The notes beneath the pieces were generated by a model. That model saw nothing but the letters and a program-made list of their open reading frames with translations. It had not been told where the DNA came from and ran no database searches. DNA of 12,919 nucleotides, from contig JBNJFB010000061.1 in the NCBI GenBank assembly GCA_051746405.1, positions 1 to 12,919 on the forward strand, given 5' to 3'. This document shows, in pieces, positions 1-7,648 of this stretch. The translations under genes and the position numbers were made by a program. Numbering within the stretch: position 1 is the first letter of the stretch; each line of letters opens with the position of its first letter. Origin of the DNA: Campylobacterota bacterium (GTDB lineage Bacteria; Campylobacterota; Campylobacteria; Campylobacterales; Arcobacteraceae).

Positions 1-24
1 GGAACACATGACGATGTGTATTAA
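1..24 (+). CDS. 3' end (partial) of a probable RelE/YafQ-family type II toxin gene
   Basis: Frame 1 reads GGA ACA CAT GAC GAT GTG TAT TAA = GTHDDVY*, resembling the G[TS]H[DS]xx[YF]-stop C-terminus of YafQ/RelE-like mRNA interferases. A hairpin follows at 41-62. Only 7 residues are visible. Confidence 0.5.
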   Translation, partial: GTHDDVY

Positions 25-40
25 GAGTTTTTAAGTATAT

Positions 41-64
41 AAGGTAAATTATTTTTTACCTTTT
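41..64 (+). terminator. Possible intrinsic terminator between the partial toxin gene and convergent selC
   Basis: Inverted repeat AAGGTAAA (41-48) / TTTACCTT (55-62) with a 6-nt loop, followed by T residues. The stem is AT-rich and weak. Confidence 0.4.
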
Positions 65-155
65 GTTAAGTTAGTATGAATATATTATTAGATAAAATCT
101 TTAGATTAATTTGTAGAAACCTTTGTATTCCAGGGAGATATAGCCATTTAAATAA

Positions 156-254
156 TGGCGAGAAGGTGTAGGAATCGAACCTACCGCCAGACATACACAT
201 GCCCAGCCAATCAGGGTTGAAGCCTGTGGTGTCCACCAGGATCACATACCTCCC
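156..254 (-). tRNA. selC: tRNA-Sec (anticodon UCA)
   Basis: Reverse complement GGGAGGT-AT-GTGATCC-TGGT-GGACAC-C-ACAGG-CTTCAAC-CCTGA-TTG-GCTGGGCAT-GTGT-ATGTCTGGC-G-GTAGG-TTCGATT-CCTAC-ACCTTCTC-GCCA. It has a UCA anticodon, a 9-bp variable arm, a 4-nt D-loop, a G discriminator and encoded CCA, and lies next to selA/selB. Confidence 0.97.
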
Positions 255-268
255 ATAGCAAGAGTTAG

Positions 269-282
269 ATTTTACATAAAAT
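269..282. promoter_or_regulatory. Back-to-back -10 hexamers (candidate bidirectional promoter for selC and selAB)
   Basis: ATTTTA-CA-TAAAAT gives TAAAAT on the minus strand (269-274) and TAAAAT on the plus strand (277-282) inside the 56-bp selC/selA spacer. Confidence 0.45.
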
Positions 283-310
283 ATTTTTAAAACCATCTGA
301 AAGGGTAAAT

Positions 311-1657
311 ATGAATTTACTTAAAAATCTTCCAAAGATTGACAAGTTTGTCAATGACAAAGCTTTTGAAGGGTATAGTAAAAAACTTCTAACCTCTATA
401 AGTAAAAAAGTTATTGATAATTATAGAAAAAAAATTTTAGATAAAAAGATTGAGTCTTATGAGTACCAAGATATTGTTGATGAGGTACAAGACAATTACA
501 AAAACACTCTTAAGCCATCTTTACAAAATGTGATAAACGCAACAGGTATAATAGTTCATACGAACTTAGGTAGATCACTTATAAATCCACAAAGTTTTGA
601 TAGAGTAAAGAAAATAGCCACTTCTTATAATAACCTAGAATATTCACTTAAAAAAGGTAAAAGAGGTGAGAGATATGAGCATATTACGAAAACTTTACAA
701 GAGCTAACAGGCTGTGAAGATGCAATAGTAGTAAATAACAATGCAAGTGCTGTATTTCTTATATTAAACACTTTTGCTAAAAACAAAGATGTGGTTGTAA
801 GTCGTGGTGAACTTGTGGAGATTGGTGGTAGCTTTAGAGTTCCAGAGGTTATGAGTCAAAGTAAAGCAAACCTAAAAGAGATAGGTACTACAAATAAAAC
901 TCATCTAAGTGACTATGAAAATGCTTGTGATGAAAATACAGCTATGCTTATGAAAGTGCACAAATCAAACTACTGCATTGAAGGCTTTACCAAAGAGGTA
1001 CCTTATGAGCAGATTATTGAAGTTGCTAAGCAAAAAGACGTGATTGATTATTATGATATGGGAAGTGGTCATATTATAGACTTACCTTACAATCTTAACT
1101 CTTCTGAGCCATCACTTTTAAAGTATATGAAACACAAACCAAGTCTTTTAAGCTTTTCAGGGGATAAGCTTTTAGGTTCAGTACAAGCGGGTATTATAGT
1201 AGGGAAAAAAGAGCTGATTTCAAAAATAAAAAAGAATCAACTATTAAGAATGCTAAGAGTTGATAAAATCACTTTAGCACTTCTTGAAGACAATTTAATG
1301 TCTTATGTTAAAAATGAATTAAATAGTATCCCTACTTTAAAAATGCTTTATGAAAAAGTTGAGACCCTAGAGAAAAGAGCTTTAAAACTAAAAAGTAACA
1401 TAGATGATATTTGTACTTGTGAGATTATTCATACACAGTCTTTAATAGGTGGAGGAACAACTCCAAATAAAAAGATTCCAACTGTTGCACTAAGTATTAA
1501 GTATAAAGATTTCAAACCAAACAGAATAGAAAAAATCTTAAGAGAAGAGAATCTTATTGCAAGAATTGAAAATGAAAAAGTTCTTATAGATTTTAGAAGT
1601 ATTCAAGAACATGAAATTGAGCAAATAGAGAATATTATAAAAAAAAGGTTTAATTAA
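311..1657 (+). CDS. selA: L-seryl-tRNA(Sec) selenium transferase (selenocysteine synthase)
   Basis: 448 aa with INATGIIVHTNLGRS, VVNNNASAV, SRGELVEIGGSFRVPEVM, GTTNKTH and the PLP-lysine motif FSGDKLLG. AAGGGT RBS at 301-306. Confidence 0.98.
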   Translation: MNLLKNLPKIDKFVNDKAFEGYSKKLLTSISKKVIDNYRKKILDKKIESYEYQDIVDEVQDNYKNTLKPSLQNVINATGIIVHTNLGRSLINPQSFDRVKKIATSYNNLEYSLKKGKRGERYEHITKTLQELTGCEDAIVVNNNASAVFLILNTFAKNKDVVVSRGELVEIGGSFRVPEVMSQSKANLKEIGTTNKTHLSDYENACDENTAMLMKVHKSNYCIEGFTKEVPYEQIIEVAKQKDVIDYYDMGSGHIIDLPYNLNSSEPSLLKYMKHKPSLLSFSGDKLLGSVQAGIIVGKKELISKIKKNQLLRMLRVDKITLALLEDNLMSYVKNELNSIPTLKMLYEKVETLEKRALKLKSNIDDICTCEIIHTQSLIGGGTTPNKKIPTVALSIKYKDFKPNRIEKILREENLIARIENEKVLIDFRSIQEHEIEQIENIIKKRFN

Positions 1658-3489
1658 TGTCAAATATTATTATTGGAACAGCTGGACATATTGACCATGG
1701 TAAAACTGCACTTATTAAAGCTTTAAATGGTTATGAGGGAGATGAAACACAAGAGGAGCAAAAAAGAGGTATTACTATAGATTTATCTTTTTCAAACCTA
1801 AAGAAAGCTCAACAAAACATAGCTTTTATTGATGTTCCAGGTCATGAAAAACTTATAAAAAATATGATTGCAGGTGCATTTGGTTTTAACTGTGTAATGA
1901 TTGCTATAAGTGCAGCAGAGGGTATCAAGCCTCAAACAAAAGAGCACCTAGAGATTATCAAACTACTTGATATAAAAGATATAGTTATAGCTATTACTAA
2001 AAAAGATTTAGTAGATAAAAAAACACTTGAAGAGAAAAAAGAGTCTATTTCAAGCTTTATAAAAAAAACAGGCTTCAATATTTTATTTACAAACTGTGTT
2101 TCAATCTATGATGAAAAATCTATAGAGCAGTTAAAAGAACAACTTTTTACTATAAAGCCTAAGCTAAAAAAAGAAGAAAATTTCTTTAGATATTATGTGG
2201 ATAGAGTATTCTCTCCTAAAGGTATAGGTACAGTTGTAACAGGTACAGTTCTTGGAAACTCTTGTACAGTAGATGAAAAAATATTTCATAGTCAAAAATC
2301 AAAAAATATAAAAATCAAAAATATCCAAGTACACAATGAAAATGCACTTAAAGCAAAAATCTCAAATAGAGCTGCATTAAATCTTCAAGGAATAAATGCA
2401 AATGATATTAAAAAAGGTGATTTACTTACAAAAAAAGGTTTTATAAGAGGTTTTGATACTATAGATATATCATTTGAGACCTTAGAGAATAAAAAATTAA
2501 ACCACAATACAAACTATACTCTATTTATAGGTTCAAAAAAGTTAGAAGTAAAGGTACTACTTTTTGAAAACACTCAACCACAAGATAGTGGTTTCGCATC
2601 AATAAAAGCCAATGAGAAACTATATACAATATTTGGTGAAAAAATTATCCTAAGACAGGGTAATCAAACAGTTGCAGGGGGAAAAGTACTAAACCCCGTA
2701 GCAGACCCTATGAAAAAACCTCAAAAACTAGAACTTTTAAAAGCTTTAGAAAATTTAGAATTTATTGAAGCTTATGATATTTTACTAGATGCTCATAAAA
2801 AAGGTTTAGGATTAGTATCCTCTTCACAAAGGTTTGCATTAAGTCATGATGATGCTATAGAGTTTGGGCGAAAGCTAAAAAATGCATTTATCGATGAAAA
2901 AGAACTAGTAATCTACCCTATTTCCAGTAAAAATAAAATCAAAGATTATATAAAAGAGATTTATGAAAAAAACAAGTATGCCCTACTCTCAACAGCTTCA
3001 ATAAAGCTTAGAATCAAATGGGCAAGTGAAAACTTTATAACCTTAGTTTTAAATGAGCTTGAAGAAGAGAACTTCTTAGCTTGTGATGGTAAACTTTATA
3101 AAAATGCCTCTATAAAAAAAGATTTTAAAGAAGAGTTAAAAGATATAGTTCTTAATAGATTAAGAAAAGAAGATATAACTCCAACTGCACCTTATAATAT
3201 CTATGATGATTTAGATATAGATAGAAAATTAGGTGATAGTATCCTAAAAAGTCTCACTGCCAAAAAACTAGTTATTAGACTACAACATAATCTTTTTATT
3301 CATAATGAGAGTTTAACTAATATCATTAGTGAAATGAAAAATATAATAAAAAATGATGGATATATTGAGATTAAAAACTTTAAAGATAGATATAGTAACT
3401 TAAGTAGAAAATACCTTATAACCTATTTAGACTATTTAGATAACTTCTCAAATATAAAAAAAGAGAACAATAAAAGAGTATTTGCATAA
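1657..3489 (+). CDS. selB: Selenocysteine-specific translation elongation factor
   Basis: 610 aa. G-domain motifs GTAGHIDHGKT, EEQKRGITIDL, DVPGHE and TKKD; DRVF..G.GTVVTGT in domain II; C-terminal winged-helix motif SRKYLITYLDYLD. Start overlaps the selA stop (TAATG). Confidence 0.97.
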   Translation: MSNIIIGTAGHIDHGKTALIKALNGYEGDETQEEQKRGITIDLSFSNLKKAQQNIAFIDVPGHEKLIKNMIAGAFGFNCVMIAISAAEGIKPQTKEHLEIIKLLDIKDIVIAITKKDLVDKKTLEEKKESISSFIKKTGFNILFTNCVSIYDEKSIEQLKEQLFTIKPKLKKEENFFRYYVDRVFSPKGIGTVVTGTVLGNSCTVDEKIFHSQKSKNIKIKNIQVHNENALKAKISNRAALNLQGINANDIKKGDLLTKKGFIRGFDTIDISFETLENKKLNHNTNYTLFIGSKKLEVKVLLFENTQPQDSGFASIKANEKLYTIFGEKIILRQGNQTVAGGKVLNPVADPMKKPQKLELLKALENLEFIEAYDILLDAHKKGLGLVSSSQRFALSHDDAIEFGRKLKNAFIDEKELVIYPISSKNKIKDYIKEIYEKNKYALLSTASIKLRIKWASENFITLVLNELEEENFLACDGKLYKNASIKKDFKEELKDIVLNRLRKEDITPTAPYNIYDDLDIDRKLGDSILKSLTAKKLVIRLQHNLFIHNESLTNIISEMKNIIKNDGYIEIKNFKDRYSNLSRKYLITYLDYLDNFSNIKKENNKRVFA

Positions 3490-3514
3490 ATAACAGGTTT
3501 TAACCTGTTATTTA
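3487..3514. terminator. Bidirectional intrinsic terminator between selB and the BCCT gene
   Basis: Perfect inverted repeat TAAATAACAGGTT-TT-AACCTGTTATTTA filling the gap between two convergent stop codons. Confidence 0.85.
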
Positions 3515-5086
3515 CTACTTTTTATATAAATGTAACTCTGTGTTTAAACCTTTGTATAGACTCACACACATAACCAATAATACAACTGTAAATGGTAAAC
3601 CTGTAGTAATAGCACCTGCTTGAAGTGCATCTAAGGCTTCTTTTCCACCTACATATAATAAAGCACCTGCAATTAAACCCTCCATAGTAGCCCAAAAGAT
3701 TCTTTGAGGTACAGGAGCATCAATTTTACCACCTGATGTTATTGAGTCAATAACCAATGAACCTGAATCAGATGAAGTAATAAAGAATACTAAAACCAGT
3801 ACAATAGCTAAAAATGATGTGATACTAGCTAGTGGTAAGTTTTCTAACATTTGGAACATTGCTAAAGATACACTTGAAATACCATTTGCTAACTCTCCAA
3901 CACCACCAATTGATTGCTCTAATGCCGAACCACCAAATGCAGACATCCAAACAATAGTAATAACTGTAGGTACAATAAGTACAGCTGTTAAAAACTCTCT
4001 TACCGTTCTACCTCTTGATACTCTTGCAATAAACATACCAACAAATGGTGACCATGAAATCCACCATGCCCAGTAAAATACTGTCCAGCCGTGGAACCAT
4101 GTTGAATCTTCTCTTCCCACCCAGTTACTAAGTGGGATGATATTTTTCACATACTCTGATGTTGTTGAGAATATTCCTGCAAATATATTAAGTGTAGAAC
4201 CAGCTAAAATAACAAATATCAATAGTGCTAATGCTATTAACATATTTGTATTACTTAAAAGTTTAACACCACCATTTATACCTCTTATTACAGATATAAT
4301 TGCAACAGCAGTTACAAAAATAATAATACCAACTTGTGTATTGATACCTTCACTTATTCCAAATAAATAGTGTAAACCACCACTTGCTTGCTGTGCACCA
4401 AGTCCTAAAGATGTGGCTAAACCAAAAATAGTAGCAAGGACTGCTAATAAATCAATAATATGACCAGGCCATCCCCAAACTCTTTCACCTAAAATAGGAT
4501 AAAAAGCTGACCTTACAGTCAAAGGCAAACCTTTGTTATAAGAGAAAAAAGCTAATGATAGTGCAACTACCCCATAAATAGCCCAAGGGTGAAGTCCCCA
4601 GTGATACATAGTAGCACCCATTGCCATTTTTGCAGCTTCAGGTGTATTTGCTTCAACTCCTAGTGGTGTTCCATACCATCCTGTATAGTAAGCAACAGGC
4701 TCTGCAACACTCCAAAACATAAGTCCAATACCCATACCAGCTGCAAATAACATTGCAAGCCATGAAGCTCTTGAAAACTCAGGTTTACTATCTTTTCCTC
4801 CTAATCTAATTTTACCAACAGGTAGAAAAATTAGTGCTAGACAAAATATTACAAAAATATTCCCTCCGATCATAAATAACCAATCAAAGTTATTAATAGA
4901 CCATGTTTTAGCTCCACCAAGCATCTCTTTTGAAGACTCTGGGAACATTATTGTAAGAATCACAAATAGTAGTATTAATACTGCACTAAACATAAAAACA
5001 GGATTGTGCATATCCATACCAAAAATTTTTAAATTGTCTTGACCAATTTCATAGTCGGTATTATATTCGACTTTTTTCTTAGCCAT
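3515..5086 (-). CDS. BCCT family transporter (betaine/choline/carnitine), probably Na+-coupled glycine betaine type
   Basis: Multi-TM hydrophobic protein with AAGMGIGLMFW, YHWGLHPWAIY and the BCCT signature WTVFYWAWWISWSPFVGMFIARVSRGRT. Start moved from 5125 to the ATG at 5086 (MAKKK..., 523 aa) because AAGGAG (5093-5098, minus strand) precedes it. Confidence 0.95.
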   Translation of the reverse strand: MAKKKVEYNTDYEIGQDNLKIFGMDMHNPVFMFSAVLILLFVILTIMFPESSKEMLGGAKTWSINNFDWLFMIGGNIFVIFCLALIFLPVGKIRLGGKDSKPEFSRASWLAMLFAAGMGIGLMFWSVAEPVAYYTGWYGTPLGVEANTPEAAKMAMGATMYHWGLHPWAIYGVVALSLAFFSYNKGLPLTVRSAFYPILGERVWGWPGHIIDLLAVLATIFGLATSLGLGAQQASGGLHYLFGISEGINTQVGIIIFVTAVAIISVIRGINGGVKLLSNTNMLIALALLIFVILAGSTLNIFAGIFSTTSEYVKNIIPLSNWVGREDSTWFHGWTVFYWAWWISWSPFVGMFIARVSRGRTVREFLTAVLIVPTVITIVWMSAFGGSALEQSIGGVGELANGISSVSLAMFQMLENLPLASITSFLAIVLVLVFFITSSDSGSLVIDSITSGGKIDAPVPQRIFWATMEGLIAGALLYVGGKEALDALQAGAITTGLPFTVVLLVMCVSLYKGLNTELHLYKK

Positions 5087-5197
5087 ATTTATCTCCTTTG
5101 TGTTTTGAACATGTAAAAAATACAAGCCATTAGTATCTATACTACTAAAAAAACCTTAAATAGTAATAATTGATTTTATTAATAATTTAGTATTTAC

Positions 5198-5206
5198 TGC
5201 TACAAT
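5198..5206 (+). promoter_or_regulatory. Extended -10 promoter (TGnTACAAT) of the helicase gene
   Basis: TGCTACAAT at 5198-5206, then 6 nt, then the ATG at 5213. Confidence 0.7.
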
Positions 5207-5212
5207 TTCAAA

Positions 5213-6847
5213 ATGAATTTAACTCAAGAACAAAAAGATATTATAAACTCAAAGCATACATCCTTTAAGATAAATGCTGTAGCTGGAAGTGGAAAAACAA
5301 CTACCCTTTTGGAGTATGCAAAACAAAAAGATAGTATCAAAATATTATATTTAGCTTATAATAAATCTTTACAACAATCAGTTCAAAAAAAATTAATATC
5401 ATTAAATATAAATAATATAAAAGTTAGCACTATTCACTCACTAGCTTATAATAAAATACAAGCTTATAGATATAAGTTATGTCATGAATTAAAAGTAAGA
5501 GTTATTGAAAAAGTTCTAGGAACATATGAACAAAAAGTAAACCAAAGAGCAAACTATTTTCCAATACCACAATATATTGCATTGATAAAAGATTTAGTTA
5601 GTTTTTACTGCAATAGCTCCCTTATTGACTTAGATTTGAAACTAATTGAATCATATAAAAAATATAGTGAACCATCTGCTAAAACTTTAGAACTTATAAA
5701 TAAAGATACATCAAAAGTATTAGCTCATTTAAAGTTTATACTAAGCTCAATGAAAAATAGACAAATAGATGCAACCCATGATTTTTATTTAAAGCTTTTT
5801 TATCTAAATAAAAAAATATCTTCAAACTTAGGTTATGATTTGATTTTAGTGGATGAAGCTCAAGATATTTCAGATGTTATGATAGGTATAGTAGAGTCTC
5901 AAAACTGCAATAGGGTCTATGTGGGAGACTCATTTCAACAAATATACTCTTTTAGATATGCAATGAATGCTTTAAATAAAATCGAACTTCCCGCTTATAA
6001 CTTAACTAAAAGCTTTAGATTTTCAAATAGTTATGCAAAAGAGTTAGAGAAAAATATAAATGAACTTTATAAACAAAATAGTAGTAAACCACTTTTTATA
6101 AAAGGAAATGAACACCAAACAAACTTCTCAAATAAGTGCGTAAATAGAAATAAACAGTTTGCTATAATAGCAAGAACAACCTTTGGCTTAGTACAAGAGT
6201 TAGTTCACTATATCCATAAAAATAAAAAACTATATTTTGAGGGTGGATATGGCTCTTACTCATTAATGAACCAAACTGTTTACTCTATTTTTTATCTAAA
6301 AGAGAAAAAGAATGAAAAAATAGCTTTAGATGAGATAAAAGAGTTTGAAACAATAAAAGAGTTAGAACAGTTTGCAAAAGATACTAAAAATCAAGACTAT
6401 CTAAATATCATTAAGTTTATTAATACTTATGGGGATAACATTTTTGAGATAAACAACAAAGTAAAATCTCAAATAACCTTAGACAAAAATGAAGCAGACA
6501 TTATATTTACAACAACACACAAATCAAAAGGTTTACAATATAATCAAGTGGTTATGGCTGATGATTTTATTACAAAAAAAGATATAGTAAACCCAAAAAG
6601 TAATCTATCTCATGTAAAAATAAATGAAGAGCTAAATATCTACTATGTGGCATCAACAAGAGTAAAAGATGCAATAGAGTTAGCCTCTTTTAAGCTTGAG
6701 TATAAATATAATGAGTCTGACTTTATAAATAAAAATAGTGAAAACACAAAACCTAAATATACTAAAAAAACATCACATAAAAAGATGAAACAACTACAAG
6801 AAAAATGGCTTAAAAACAATAAAATAAAAAAAGTCGAAGCTTTTTAA
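5213..6847 (+). CDS. UvrD/Rep-family (SF1A) DNA helicase, compact FBH1-like type
   Basis: 544 aa. Q-motif LTQEQ, Walker A AVAGSGKTT, motif Ia YLAYNKS, Walker B VDEAQD, motif III VGDSFQQIYSFR, motif IV LTKSFRF, motif V TTHKSKGLQY, motif VI EELNIYYVASTR; basic C-terminal tail. Confidence 0.92.
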   Translation: MNLTQEQKDIINSKHTSFKINAVAGSGKTTTLLEYAKQKDSIKILYLAYNKSLQQSVQKKLISLNINNIKVSTIHSLAYNKIQAYRYKLCHELKVRVIEKVLGTYEQKVNQRANYFPIPQYIALIKDLVSFYCNSSLIDLDLKLIESYKKYSEPSAKTLELINKDTSKVLAHLKFILSSMKNRQIDATHDFYLKLFYLNKKISSNLGYDLILVDEAQDISDVMIGIVESQNCNRVYVGDSFQQIYSFRYAMNALNKIELPAYNLTKSFRFSNSYAKELEKNINELYKQNSSKPLFIKGNEHQTNFSNKCVNRNKQFAIIARTTFGLVQELVHYIHKNKKLYFEGGYGSYSLMNQTVYSIFYLKEKKNEKIALDEIKEFETIKELEQFAKDTKNQDYLNIIKFINTYGDNIFEINNKVKSQITLDKNEADIIFTTTHKSKGLQYNQVVMADDFITKKDIVNPKSNLSHVKINEELNIYYVASTRVKDAIELASFKLEYKYNESDFINKNSENTKPKYTKKTSHKKMKQLQEKWLKNNKIKKVEAF

Positions 6848-6868
6848 ATAAATATTTGATAATATACT

Positions 6869-6886
6869 TATAATACTTTACAAGGA
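6869..6886 (+). promoter_or_regulatory. Candidate -10 box and RBS of the 6892 ORF
   Basis: TATAAT at 6869-6874 and AAGGA at 6882-6886, 5 nt before the ATG. Confidence 0.5.
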
Positions 6887-6891
6887 CATAT

Positions 6892-7638
6892 ATGCAATAT
6901 TTTGGTACATTTGAAACTAAATATGAAGAGGTTTTCTTAACATCAAGTTATCTATACTTTAATAATGATGAAGATGATATTTTAACACCTAAGGGTTTAG
7001 AAGAGAAAATTAAAAACAAAAAATTAAAAAAGAAAAATATAATTGGAACAATCTATTTATACAATCCAATTGTCACACCAATTGGATATGACTCAAATAA
7101 ATTCTTGTTGGATCAAGATTTTGAAGATTTTGAACAGACAGTTGAAATAAAAGTAGAAAACTATCTTACGACTTTTAAACAGGCTATGAGAGAAAACTGC
7201 AAAGGTAAAATAGTAGAGATAAAAAACCTATTTAATTTAGTTGAAAAAAACATAGATGCCTCCTCTTTATTAATAAAATTTAATGGAGATTTAGAAAAAT
7301 ACTATTCAACACAAAATACAGAGTTTCAAAGAGATATTATGTATCTTGATGCACAAGAAACAATTCCAAATGGGAAGTTTGTATTTTTTTGTTGGGGAGA
7401 TAAGATAAGAGATAAAGAGTTCCCTTATATAAATGATTATGCAAAAACTTTATATGAAAATGTTTTAAAATTAGGGAAAAATGAAGTTTTTGTATATAAA
7501 GAGGAGAAAACAAAACAAGAATCAATAAACTCTTTACAGTTTTCAAATCCAGAACAAAATCCAAAAAATAAAGCAAAAATAGTTGCAGCTATAAAAAAAG
7601 CTTTTAAAACTTTTCCACCCACTAGCACATCTTATTAA
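6892..7638 (+). CDS. Hypothetical protein, possible degenerate DUF1643/uracil-DNA-glycosylase-like fold
   Basis: 248-aa ORF with a good RBS and a downstream terminator. Ordered motifs IYLYNP (N58-P59), IVEIKNLF (N112), FVFFCWG (W168-G169) and FSNP. The CDS is well supported; the family call is tentative. Confidence 0.7.
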   Translation: MQYFGTFETKYEEVFLTSSYLYFNNDEDDILTPKGLEEKIKNKKLKKKNIIGTIYLYNPIVTPIGYDSNKFLLDQDFEDFEQTVEIKVENYLTTFKQAMRENCKGKIVEIKNLFNLVEKNIDASSLLIKFNGDLEKYYSTQNTEFQRDIMYLDAQETIPNGKFVFFCWGDKIRDKEFPYINDYAKTLYENVLKLGKNEVFVYKEEKTKQESINSLQFSNPEQNPKNKAKIVAAIKKAFKTFPPTSTSY

Positions 7639-7648
7639 ATATCACCAC

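Noticed and set aside
143..159. Inverted repeat GCCATT-N5-AATGGC overlapping the selC CCA end
   Set aside because: Only 6 bp and inverted rather than direct, so not an att duplication; too weak to call as a processing signal.
66..296. 76-aa minus-strand ORF
   Set aside because: It spans the tRNA-Sec gene on the same strand and has no recognisable protein features; a shadow ORF.
427..434. Poly-A tracts in selA and other CDSs as phase-variation sites
   Set aside because: A7-A8 runs are expected from Lys codons in AT-rich DNA and all frames are intact. There are no long poly-G/C tracts of the Campylobacter phase-variable type.
3819..4370. Plus-strand ORFs 3819-4076 and 4137-4370
   Set aside because: Antisense shadows inside the BCCT gene.
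5087..5125. 13-codon N-terminal extension of the BCCT ORF
   Set aside because: A strong AAGGAG lies inside it, correctly spaced for the ATG at 5086; the upstream TTG has no RBS.
7337..7628. Minus-strand ORFs 7337-7576 and 7437-7628
   Set aside because: Antisense to the well-supported 6892-7638 CDS and without recognisable motifs.
5213..7638. Gabija (GajA/GajB) assignment for the helicase pair
   Set aside because: No OLD-family ABC-ATPase/TOPRIM gene is adjacent, and the 248-aa partner has no Walker or TOPRIM motifs.
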